From a virus (taxonomy: Duplodnaviria > Caudoviricetes), in IMG/VR virus record IMGVR_UViG_3300026159_000398: a stretch of 64,000 nucleotides of DNA; one strand, written 5' to 3'. The position numbers and the translations under genes are program-made. The stretch's first letter is position 1, and each line of letters begins with the position of its first letter. Below the pieces are notes generated by a model that saw only the letters and a list, made by a program, of their open reading frames with translations, was not told the origin of the DNA and did not search any database. This document shows positions 31,288 through 40,026 of the stretch, piece by piece.

Positions 31288-31365
31288 TACCCTCAGAAGG
31301 ACTTGAACCTCCATGCATCCAATTAACCTTTCAACGCGTTCGTAGCGCGAGGGTATACGGAGAGA
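31288..31365 (-). ncRNA. Rearranged tRNA-like RNA with ACG anticodon-type loop
   Basis: T-arm GGAGG-UUCAAGU-CCUUC, CGCG-CUACGAA-CGCG arm, no canonical D-arm. Confidence 0.6.
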
Positions 31366-31369
31366 AATG

Positions 31370-31441
31370 TCCTGAGAGTCTGAGTTGAACAGACACCTGC
31401 TGGGCTTCAACTAACCGTGCGACCAAGTACACTATCTCAGG
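31370..31441 (-). tRNA. tRNA-Phe(GAA)
   Basis: Cloverleaf, loop UU-GAA-GC, one mismatch in anticodon stem. Confidence 0.8.
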
Positions 31442-32015
31442 TAAAATATAATTCTGGCAATTCTTGTTCAGTAACGACAAAAAAATTATCGCCATATTGT
31501 TTATTTGCGGCTTTTAATTTAGCCTGAATTTTTGATTCCTTTAATCTAAAATGAGGTTTTATTTCCACTATACTTTTTTCTCTTGGTAAATAAAAATCAG
31601 GATAGTAGTAATGTTCATTGCCTTCAAAAGTATATTTGACTCTAAATTTTTTATTATCTGCTCTTTCATAAGGAATTTTATATTCATCAAGAAGTTGCAT
31701 GAATTTGAGTTCAAATGAAGATTCATAAGGAATGCCATTATAAATTCCATTTATACTTTTTAATCTTTTATTGCTGGGTTCCCATCCGTCACGAATATGT
31801 TGTTTATGTTCTTCGGAAAGTTTCTTTCCTTTTCGAGAATTACTTATTTTAAGTTTTGTTTCTTGCGAAATTTTATATCCTTTAGAACGATTCTTTCCGA
31901 TGCATGACACACTTATTTTTAATTTTGTTTCTTGGGAAACTTTGTGTCCTTTGAGTGAATCGCTAATTTTTTGATTTCGTGCTGATGAATATTTGAAACC
32001 CTTTTTTCTTGACAT
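31437..32015 (-). CDS. NUMOD3 + PD-(D/E)xK homing endonuclease
   Basis: SQETKLKIS repeats; YYPDFYLPRE..VEIK. Confidence 0.85.
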   Translation of the reverse strand: MSRKKGFKYSSARNQKISDSLKGHKVSQETKLKISVSCIGKNRSKGYKISQETKLKISNSRKGKKLSEEHKQHIRDGWEPSNKRLKSINGIYNGIPYESSFELKFMQLLDEYKIPYERADNKKFRVKYTFEGNEHYYYPDFYLPREKSIVEIKPHFRLKESKIQAKLKAANKQYGDNFFVVTEQELPELYFT

Positions 32016-32016
32016 G

Positions 32017-32100
32017 ATAATTACCTCTACTATAATTATAAACGGAAGTTAGGCTGATTGAGTAGAGCAATCAGCCAAGGGAGCTACCCTCTTTCCTTCC
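32017..32100 (-). promoter_or_regulatory. Structured 5' leader (three-way junction + kissing loop on SD), copy 1
   Basis: GGAAG/CUUCC, AGGG-UAGCU-CCCU, 9-bp stem with loop CUCUACU complementary to SD loop AGUAGAG. Confidence 0.8.
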
Positions 32101-32123
32101 TGTATTTATAATTATATTACATG

Positions 32124-32405
32124 TCAAAGATTTTTTTGATATTGTTTTTTAAATTTTGTTAATTTCTTCCAGCTTTTTGTTGTATAACAACTGGGATATT
32201 TTTCAAGATTCCCCCACCTATTTAGATATGAAGGGCCTCTTCTTTTACGTAACAAAATTCCATCATCAATATCTTTTTGCCATCTGCATCTCTCTTGTTG
32301 AACTCTTTGACGACGATATCCAAGCCATCTGTGTTCAGCAAGCATCCACCATTTAGGGCAAGGATGTTCTTCATATCCCCACCACTTTGACCAATGATAG
32401 TACAT
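32124..32405 (-). CDS. Basic Trp-rich small protein
   Basis: AGGAGG SD; C-terminal KSWKK..KKQY. Confidence 0.65.
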   Translation of the reverse strand: MYYHWSKWWGYEEHPCPKWWMLAEHRWLGYRRQRVQQERCRWQKDIDDGILLRKRRGPSYLNRWGNLEKYPSCYTTKSWKKLTKFKKQYQKNL

Positions 32406-32683
32406 TATAACCTCCTAAGTTTTCACTTAAAAGTCATAAAGTACCTCCATAAAAAGTTTTTTCATAATAACATCCTTTTTGAATTTTAACATGAACAATG
32501 TTAATGTTCAGCTTTTATGTTAATGACACCATTGTTTGATGTTCACATGTATCTTCAGCATCTTTTTTGGTATTATTCAATTCACAAATTCCTGTAGTAC
32601 TTTGAAATTCTTGTAAGTCTTTTTCTGTATGTTTATAAAGACTTTCCCACTTTTGGCAATTTGCACAAATTTTTAATTGTCTG

Positions 32684-33355
32684 TCAATTGGTTTTCTCAT
32701 TGTTATTTTCCTCAAATTCTTTTTTTATTCTTATAATTTGTGTTCTACTAATTTTTAGATTTTCTGAAGCTCGTGATATCCAGCCGCGTTTATCATAATC
32801 ATATAATTTTATTTTTTTATATAATTCAGCACGTATTTGTTTGGCTTTTTCTGATGAATATGTTAAATTTAATTTTTTGAGACAACGAGTTATATGAACA
32901 ACACTGCAATTAAATTCTTTAGCTAATTCTTCTGTATTGATATTACTTTCAAATAATCTTTTTAATTTTTCAAAATCAATTTCTTTTTTATTCCATGCCT
33001 TTTGTGAATTTTTTGCGCCTTTATTCCATGGTGAACATCCCTTTCTGTTACCTGGAATTGTATGAATAAATCCGCCTTGACCACCTTCTAAAATATTGTA
33101 ACCATAAAGTCGATTATTACTTTGAAAAAACTTTATGCATTCTTTTTCAGCTTTATTAAGTAATTTTTCTGAATTACACCAACCTAGAATTATTTTTTCT
33201 AAATGAATAGAACCACGTTTTTGAATAACTTGACGAATTATTTTTCCTGAGCCAAAATAATTCTTTATACCTTTTAAACTTTGATTAGTTGTTTTACCAA
33301 CATAAACTTTTTTTGTAAAATGATCTTTAATGAGATAAATGTAGCCGTATGACAT
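32684..33355 (-). CDS. GIY-YIG homing endonuclease
   Basis: MSYGYIY..VYVGK..YFGSG..GYN; start reassigned to 33355 from SD position. Confidence 0.88.
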   Translation of the reverse strand: MSYGYIYLIKDHFTKKVYVGKTTNQSLKGIKNYFGSGKIIRQVIQKRGSIHLEKIILGWCNSEKLLNKAEKECIKFFQSNNRLYGYNILEGGQGGFIHTIPGNRKGCSPWNKGAKNSQKAWNKKEIDFEKLKRLFESNINTEELAKEFNCSVVHITRCLKKLNLTYSSEKAKQIRAELYKKIKLYDYDKRGWISRASENLKISRTQIIRIKKEFEENNNEKTN

Positions 33356-33356
33356 G

Positions 33357-33442
33357 ATAATTAGCCTCAACATAATTATAAATATAGAAGTGAGACCAGT
33401 AAGTTGAGGTTACTGGTCAAGGGAGCTACCCTCTGTCCTTCT
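33357..33442 (-). promoter_or_regulatory. Structured 5' leader (three-way junction + kissing loop on SD), copy 2
   Basis: AGAAG/CUUCU, AGGG-UAGCU-CCCU, 9-bp stem with loop CCUCAAC complementary to SD loop GUUGAGG. Confidence 0.8.
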
Positions 33443-33488
33443 GATATTATAATTATATTACATCATCGACTAAATTCTTCTCTCATTT

Positions 33489-33965
33489 TTACTGGACGAG
33501 TGAATCCGCGGCGTGCGTCGCTGCCCAGCTATCATGCTTGATTTTGTATTCGAAGCCCATTGCTTCCACCCATCCAATAGCTTCTTTAGCAATAGAGTTG
33601 GATTTGTGTTCAGGGTTTGGGTTGATGTCCAAGTGAACTTGGAATCCACGAGTTCCAACAAGATCAAGTAGCTTTGTAGAAGCATCAACCACAAGTTCAA
33701 CTTCCTTCATCAAGCGTTCACGCATACTTCTGATGCGAGCGGTTTTTGAAACTTCCACAAACATGTGGCCGCCTTTTGAACTTTCAATGTGAACGATGAT
33801 AGCAAGACCAAAACTTGTATAAGCTTTGTGGTTCTGGCTGTCAACTCCAACATAGATTGTGCTGGTTTGAGGAGTATTTTTGATGTACTCTTTCAAATCA
33901 TCCCAATCAATAGCTTGTGTGATTCTTCTTTCCCCTTCTTTTAGATCGCTCTTGAACTTTTTCAT
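33489..33965 (-). CDS. RNase H-like protein (YkuK/DUF458 type)
   Basis: IYVGVDSQ, LMKEV, VHLDIN and AATHAAD. Confidence 0.85.
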   Translation of the reverse strand: MKKFKSDLKEGERRITQAIDWDDLKEYIKNTPQTSTIYVGVDSQNHKAYTSFGLAIIVHIESSKGGHMFVEVSKTARIRSMRERLMKEVELVVDASTKLLDLVGTRGFQVHLDINPNPEHKSNSIAKEAIGWVEAMGFEYKIKHDSWAATHAADSLVQ

Positions 33966-34480
33966 ACGAACGTCATCTCCATCTTACCCAGAACTTTTAT
34001 TTGAGATGGTTCTATCATGGCTGAAAAACAGCCACTCTGATAAAAATCAGCAGTGTCGCCGTTCTTATCATAGGAACCGTCTTTTTTCAGACGTTTTACG
34101 AAAACATGATGGCCATCAGGATAAACGTCATTGTGTGCTTTTCCACCGCCATCCATTTTCGTCTTTATAACTACAAACTTTCCACCTTTGAGACAAAACT
34201 TTTCATAGGAAAGTTGTTGCTTGCTTAATTGTGTTTTTACAAAGTTGATTATTACTTTATTATCGACTTTCGCTCCAACTCTTTTAAAGGCGTTGCGAAC
34301 TTCATTGGCAATGTCATGATAATCTGTATCAATTATCGGGTCATATTTTTCATCAATAGTTACTTCATGATGGCATTTATCATTTGAGAATGCCATGTTC
34401 TGATAAACATATCGTTCAGGAACATCGGTATAAACGCAATGACCTTTTCTCAGTTCAACAACATCACCAACTTTCAGCAT
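33962..34480 (-). CDS. Hypothetical protein
   Basis: Operonic ORF with SD. Confidence 0.65.
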   Translation of the reverse strand: MLKVGDVVELRKGHCVYTDVPERYVYQNMAFSNDKCHHEVTIDEKYDPIIDTDYHDIANEVRNAFKRVGAKVDNKVIINFVKTQLSKQQLSYEKFCLKGGKFVVIKTKMDGGGKAHNDVYPDGHHVFVKRLKKDGSYDKNGDTADFYQSGCFSAMIEPSQIKVLGKMEMTFV

Positions 34481-35027
34481 GACTCACTCCTTTTCATCTA
34501 AATGTCTTTCAATGTATGCCTTATCCTGTTGAACTTTGTATGTGTCAAGTTCTCTAGACATCATTTTCAGAAGTTCTTTTTCAAGATCGCAGCTCATGGT
34601 TTTTAATTCTTCAGCTGCTTCAACTGTCCATTTGCATTTAAATGGTTTATTGTGATAAATTTTACGAATCTTCCACCAATTACGCCATCCAACTTTCTTG
34701 AACGCTTGGCGAACTGGAACATTCATTACAATTCTGGTGGTTGGTATTTTTCCAAGCTCACCAAAATCTATTACGTCTCCTTTCCAATGAATGGTAATTC
34801 TCATTACCACCCTCTTTCGTTGTTTGTTGTAATTTCTATGACAGCGAAAACTGCCATCAATAATCCTAAGAGACCTAAAAAGAAAATAATCGAGAAAAAC
34901 AACCAATCTTTAGTGATAATTTTATTTCCAGCTTCTTTAATCATGTGCCACAAAAATGCGACACCACATCCACCAAAAAATAACCATCCTAAAACAAAGG
35001 CTAAAACAATTTCCATACTCTCTCCAT

Positions 35028-35108
35028 TAGGGATACCCAGACTCGAACTGGGACGCCATTAGGCACAGGGTTTGAGCCTGCTGAGTAGACCAATTCCTCT
35101 ATATCCCC
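35028..35108 (-). tRNA. tRNA-Leu(CAA)
   Basis: Cloverleaf with variable arm. Confidence 0.9.
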
Positions 35109-35362
35109 GTATTTTTATTTATTTATTGCAAGGCAGATTTTCTTGAATTCTGCATCGCATGCTTTCATTGATGTTTCTTCGTCTTCTTCTACACCAAAAT
35201 CCCAGGTGTATTCATTGCCATTACGCATAGTGAATTCAATGGAACACAAATCATCTGTTTTATGAAATGATTCAATGTCATAAGTACGTATAACATCATT
35301 TTGAGGATGACCATCTTTACTCTTGCATATCAGAAAATCCATAACTCTCTCCTTTTGTTTTG

Positions 35363-35436
35363 TGCATCCCGTGAGATTTGAACTCACCACTTTCCCGTTA
35401 TGAGCGGGGTACTCTAACCAACTGAGTTAGGGATGC
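35363..35436 (-). tRNA. tRNA-Met/Ile2(CAU)
   Basis: Loop CU-CAU-AA, G1:C72 paired. Confidence 0.88.
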
Positions 35437-35852
35437 TTATTTCACTTCTTTGGCGTTTCTCAATCTCATTATCAATTCTTCAATTTTGACTCGTTTGAAT
35501 GGAAAAAATAATGAGTGCTTCGCTCTATCAAGAGCAGTTTTCAGAAGTTCAATTTCTTCTTCAGTGAGAATGTCGATCATGTAACGTCTTTGACGGTAAT
35601 TTCTCATACGCTCTCCTTTGGATATTTTATTGAAATAGATTTTATGATTATTTCTTTTGGTTCTAAAATCATTAAGTCACCAAAAACCACACCAAAATTT
35701 TCTAGACTTGCATTTCCATTTCTTCGCATAACATCAGTAATGAAGGCTTCAGCTTGTTCTACCATTTCAAAACCTTTCATGCCGTGCTCGAATTCGGTAT
35801 CGTAAAATACCCAGACTTTTCGTTTCATTTCCATAACTCACTCCTTTAAATG

Positions 35853-35924
35853 TCCGCTCGACAGGAATCGAACCTATTTCTCCGGTTTATCAGACCGGTG
35901 CTTCGCCATTTAAGCTACGAGCGG
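35853..35924 (-). tRNA. tRNA-Ile(GAU)
   Basis: Loop CU-GAU-AA. Confidence 0.9.
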
Positions 35925-35930
35925 GTGATG

Positions 35931-36004
35931 CAGAAGTGACTGGATTCGAACCAGTATCTTTCGATTTTGGAGATCGATATTTTGGCCAGTTAAACTACAC
36001 TTCT
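35931..36004 (-). tRNA. tRNA-Trp(CCA)
   Basis: Loop CU-CCA-AA, G73. Confidence 0.92.
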
Positions 36005-36048
36005 AAATGTCTTCTTATTGAATTATATTATAATTATTTATACTTTAT

Positions 36049-36717
36049 TTAGATTTTTAATAATTCTGGTAATTCTTTTTCAGTTATAAGTAAAAATTTA
36101 TTTCCAAATTGTTGTTTGGCTGCTTTTAATTTTGCTTTTGTTTTTAAATCTTTTAAATAATATACTGATTTAATTTCAATAATAGAATCTTCTCTTGGTA
36201 AATAAAAATCAGGATAGTAGTAATGTTCTTGATTTTCAAAAATGTATTTTATTTTAAATTGATTCGCTCTTTCATAAGGAATTTTGTATTCGTCTAATAA
36301 CTTCATAAAATTAAGTTCATAAGATGATTGATAAAATATTCCATTATGAAAACCGTATTTTCCTTTTGCACGTTTATTGTTAGGTGTCCATGCTTCACTA
36401 ATATGTTTTTTATGTTCTTCAGAAAATGGTTTTTTGGGTTTACCTTTTCTTAAGATACTTTTTTGTTGATTGGCTTCTAAAGAGTGTTTGCAGCCTTTAG
36501 CATTTTTATTACCAATTTGTGCAAGAGACATTTTTTGTTTTGTGGTTTCAGAAAATGGTTTTCTTTTTTTCCCTATATTAGAAAGACTTATTTTTAATTT
36601 AGTTTCTTCTGAATGTGGAACTCCAGATTTGCCTTTTTTGGGTGATGGTTTACCTTTTTTAGCCTCACTCATTTTTCTTTTGGATTTTTCTGACATTTTA
36701 TATCCTTTATAGCTCAT
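36049..36717 (-). CDS. NUMOD3 + PD-(D/E)xK homing endonuclease
   Basis: HSEETKLKIS repeats; YYPDFYLPRE..IEIK. Confidence 0.85.
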   Translation of the reverse strand: MSYKGYKMSEKSKRKMSEAKKGKPSPKKGKSGVPHSEETKLKISLSNIGKKRKPFSETTKQKMSLAQIGNKNAKGCKHSLEANQQKSILRKGKPKKPFSEEHKKHISEAWTPNNKRAKGKYGFHNGIFYQSSYELNFMKLLDEYKIPYERANQFKIKYIFENQEHYYYPDFYLPREDSIIEIKSVYYLKDLKTKAKLKAAKQQFGNKFLLITEKELPELLKI

Positions 36718-36912
36718 AATTGTTTCCTTAGAGTATTGTAATTATTGCACCATAATTTTTAAAATGATCAATAATATTCTCAAAATGTTTGCCAAGAGTC
36801 CATTGAGCAATATCAGGTGCTCCAGTGATTATTGTATTTTCTTCCTTTAAAACGAAATATTTTCCATCTGGCATCTTCACTGAAAACAACCGCATACGCG
36901 CCTCCACGAATG

Positions 36913-36985
36913 GGAGAATATCGAGACTCGAACTCGAACTGCTAGGGTCACGACCTAGGGTGCTAACCATTACACCATACTCTCC
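36913..36985 (-). tRNA. tRNA-His(GUG), C33
   Basis: G-1:C73, loop UC-GUG-AC. Confidence 0.88.
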
Positions 36986-37042
36986 ATATGCAAGTCACGT
37001 AAAACGTGACAAGAACCATTTGTACACATGGTACATTGGATG

Positions 37043-37114
37043 TGGGCCCATAGAGAATCGAACTCTACTCAATCGGTTAAAAGCCGATTGCTTCGCCAAC
37101 AAAGCTTTGAGCCC
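37043..37114 (-). tRNA. tRNA-Lys(UUU)
   Basis: Loop CU-UUU-AA. Confidence 0.9.
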
Positions 37115-37190
37115 AAAATGATTTACTCTTTTTTTAGAGAGGCAGTTAATCTCATTCCTCTACACGATTAAAGCTAATGCGTACTATATG

Positions 37191-37277
37191 CGGATGACCA
37201 GAGATTCGAACTCTGAGAGCCTTTCGACCCGCTTGTTTTCAAGACAAGTCCCCGCACCCACTGGGGTCAAGCCATCC
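37191..37277 (-). tRNA. tRNA-Ser(UGA)
   Basis: Long variable arm, G73. Confidence 0.9.
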
Positions 37278-37422
37278 ATAAATACTGAGTGACCATAATA
37301 TAAAGGTTGTCTCGAGATCTCTTTATACCACACATTTTTACCCCAATGTGCCGGATATATCATCTTGATGGTCAAAATTTTTCTTGCGTCTAGTTCGGAA
37401 GAAAAATTTTCTTTACTCATTT

Positions 37423-37509
37423 CGGAGCCGAGAGGATTCGAACCTCTGTAGGAGTTACCCATACAACAGTTTAGCAAACTGTCCACTTACCTGGCTAGTG
37501 TACGACTCC
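37423..37509 (-). tRNA. tRNA-Ser(GCU)
   Basis: Long variable arm, G73. Confidence 0.9.
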
Positions 37510-37524
37510 ATTCACAACTTAAAA

Positions 37525-37656
37525 GAGAAAATATAAATGAGGGACCGATATAGATTATGTGTTTATATCTGGCAGGTTCACCCACAGGCATCTTATCTAC
37601 GAGCTATGTCTCTCACCAGCTGCCAACCTCTAACATAGATCACTTTACATTTTCTC
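37525..37656 (-). ncRNA. Rod-shaped structured RNA, possibly 6S-like
   Basis: GAGAAAAUGUAAA/UUUAUAUUUUCUC closing stem, central bubble, UGGCAG/CUGCCA stem. Confidence 0.45.
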
Positions 37657-37659
37657 ATG

Positions 37660-37733
37660 AGACGCGGATGGGACTCGAACCCACACAAAACAGTTTTGCA
37701 GACTGACCCATTATTCCATTCTGGTACCGCGTC
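37660..37733 (-). tRNA. tRNA-Cys(GCA)
   Basis: Loop CU-GCA-AA, U73. Confidence 0.9.
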
Positions 37734-39459
37734 ATGAATAATCTACTTCACTGAATTTGAATCCTTTGTTTTGAAATAGATCAATACAAATATCAACTAA
37801 TTCAGCATTATATTTTGTGCCTCTGCCATCGCGTAATTCTTGAATAGCAATATCAATTCCGAGAGCCGGACGATATGGTCTATGAGAAGCGATAGCTTCA
37901 ACAATATCTGCAATACAAATAATTTGTGCACCTAAAAGAATTTGATTTTCTTTTAATCCTTGTGGATATCCCGAGCCGTCTATTTTTTCATGGTGCTGAT
38001 AAATCATTTCAGCAATTGGCCAAGGAAAATCAATCTTCTTTAAAATATCATAACCATCTTTTGCGTGCATTTGAATCAATTGAAATTCAATGCTATTAAG
38101 AGATGATGGTTTTGCAAGCAATTCAGATGGAACTCCAAGTTTTCCAATATCATGAATACTGGCTGCGAGTTCTATTCCTTGAATATCTTCAAAATCAAGA
38201 CCTTTGGCTTTGGCTATCTCTTTCGCAAGTTCTGCAACTCGCAATTGATGGCCTGCAGTATAAGAGTCTCGAGTATCAACAACCAATCCAAGAGCTTGAA
38301 TAATACCACTCAACGTTCTTTGAAGTTTATATTCAGCTTCTTTTTTCGAAGTAACATCAATCGAAAAATTCAATGTTGCTGGCTTGCCTTTCCATTCAAC
38401 GCGTGAAGAAGTTATTTCAACCCATTTAATATTACCACGAGTATCTTGTACTCGAAAAGCGTAATTAGTTGGGACATCTTCTCCGTTTAATCTGCGTTGA
38501 TATCGATCAAAAACAAAACCTAAATCTTCTTTATAAATAACTTCAGATACTTTTTTATTGGCAATAATTTCTTCTGGCGGACATTCCATCAATTTTCCGA
38601 ATGCCGGATTTGCCAATGTAAAACCATCTTCTTGTGCAACAAAAATTGCTATTGGTGCGTCTTTAAAAAGTCGAACATAATCTTCTTCGGTCTTTTTCTT
38701 TTCTGTAATGTCAATACCAAACGACAACGTTCCAATAACTTTTTCAATAACCTTTACAAGAGTATTGCGCCAAAGAATGTATTTTTCTTGTCCGTCTTTG
38801 GTTAATATGGGATTTTCGAATTCGTATGGAATTCCCTTTTCTGTCAGTCTGTCAAACTGTTCCCATATTTCTGGATATTTTTCTCTCGGAACAAAAATTT
38901 CAAGAACTTTTTTATTCTTTACTTCATCAAACTTATACCCAGTAATTTCTTCAGCTGCTTTATTAAAAATAACGGCTCTTGCGTTATGATCAAGCATGAG
39001 AATCATTGTATTAGCGTGTTGAATTAAATCATCTGCAAATTCTTTTGCTAATCGCAGTTCTCTTTCTGTCTGCTTGGCGACTGTAACATCATGAATGATT
39101 CCTAACAAAAATTCTTCTTCAGCGATTTCAATTCGCGTCAAGAATATTTCTGTCTCAATCATCTTTCCTTCAAAATCAATACAAGTCCAATCATATTGTT
39201 GATTTTCAATTTGAGCAACTTGAATGATGCACTTACATTTATCTTCCGATAATTGTCCGTCTTTTTGATATTTTGGAGAAAGTTGTACAGGTGTTAAACC
39301 AATCAAATCCTCTCTTTGACATTTAAACATCTTTTCTGCTTGAGGATTGCAATCGACTATCATGTCACCCGCAAGAATTAAAATAGCGTTTGGTGTTTTA
39401 TCAAACAGCAAACGATATCGTTGCTCTGATTCGAGCAACTTCTTTTTCAGCTGTTCCAT
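37732..39459 (-). CDS. PAS-PAS-PAS / HD-GYP cyclic-dinucleotide phosphodiesterase
   Basis: Three PAS/PAC repeats (..HDVT, ..IDIT, ..IDVT); YTAGH, HDIGK, HHEKIDGSGYP and RPYRPA. Confidence 0.93.
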   Translation of the reverse strand: MEQLKKKLLESEQRYRLLFDKTPNAILILAGDMIVDCNPQAEKMFKCQREDLIGLTPVQLSPKYQKDGQLSEDKCKCIIQVAQIENQQYDWTCIDFEGKMIETEIFLTRIEIAEEEFLLGIIHDVTVAKQTERELRLAKEFADDLIQHANTMILMLDHNARAVIFNKAAEEITGYKFDEVKNKKVLEIFVPREKYPEIWEQFDRLTEKGIPYEFENPILTKDGQEKYILWRNTLVKVIEKVIGTLSFGIDITEKKKTEEDYVRLFKDAPIAIFVAQEDGFTLANPAFGKLMECPPEEIIANKKVSEVIYKEDLGFVFDRYQRRLNGEDVPTNYAFRVQDTRGNIKWVEITSSRVEWKGKPATLNFSIDVTSKKEAEYKLQRTLSGIIQALGLVVDTRDSYTAGHQLRVAELAKEIAKAKGLDFEDIQGIELAASIHDIGKLGVPSELLAKPSSLNSIEFQLIQMHAKDGYDILKKIDFPWPIAEMIYQHHEKIDGSGYPQGLKENQILLGAQIICIADIVEAIASHRPYRPALGIDIAIQELRDGRGTKYNAELVDICIDLFQNKGFKFSEVDYS

Positions 39460-39528
39460 TTATTTTCCCTTAATAAAAATTGGTGTCAATTATATATTAA
39501 GTCGAAATTTATAAATGGAACAGAAAAT

Positions 39529-39601
39529 TAGGGCTACGGAGGTTTGAACTCCGATCGTCAGGTTGAAAACCTGATGTCCTCACCAATTAAACGATAGCCC
39601 C
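39529..39601 (-). tRNA. tRNA-Glu(UUC)
   Basis: Loop UU-UUC-AA. Confidence 0.9.
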
Positions 39602-39603
39602 AT

Positions 39604-39707
39604 TGGCGGGGTCAGGAGTGTTTGAGCCTCCATCTCCTCTCACGGACGAGAGGTGTTTTAGTATGGCACGCTTGACATGCCAGGCCGGCCAATTAAACTA
39701 CAACCCC
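39604..39707 (-). ncRNA. tRNA-like RNA with hairpin inserted in D-loop, encoded CCA
   Basis: GGGGUUG/UGACCCC-GCCA, D-loop insert UGGCAUG-UCAAG-CGUGCCA, non-standard anticodon and T loops. Confidence 0.6.
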
Positions 39708-39712
39708 ATAAT

Positions 39713-39784
39713 TGGGGTGAATGGGAGGATTCCCTCCATTTCAGGACCCGCTGTCCTGTGTCCTAGGGTTAGACGACATTCACC
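39713..39784 (-). ncRNA. tRNA-His-like RNA with reduced T-loop, encoded CCA
   Basis: G-1:C73, CCA, loop CA-GCG-GG, T-loop GAAU, no D-loop GG. Confidence 0.6.
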
Positions 39785-39787
39785 ATG

Positions 39788-39860
39788 TCTACGACCTGGG
39801 AGTCGAACCCAGATTTTTCTCCACCCCAAATGGAGTACCATTCCGCTAGGCGAGTCGTAG
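39788..39860 (-). tRNA. tRNA-Pro(UGG)
   Basis: C1:G72, loop UU-UGG-GG. Confidence 0.88.
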
Positions 39861-39864
39861 TTAT

Positions 39865-39935
39865 TTGTCCCTAAAGGAATTGAACCTTTACTGTGGGGGC
39901 CAAAACCCCATGTCTTACCGTTAGACGAAGGGACA
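39865..39935 (-). tRNA. tRNA-Gln(UUG)
   Basis: U1:A72, loop UU-UUG-GC. Confidence 0.9.
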
Positions 39936-40026
39936 ATGTTTGATGAAGAGCGGTCCGGTTTGCTACTAGCTACCATACGGCAACCTTCAAATGCATCCTT
40001 TGGGGCCTTGATTATTCTTCATCGAT

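Noticed and set aside
37115-37190. Theta/HDV-like ribozyme after tRNA-Ser
   Set aside because: A UUAAUC/GAUUAA plus AGAGG/CCUCU pseudoknot is possible, but the nested double-pseudoknot and catalytic C context could not be fitted
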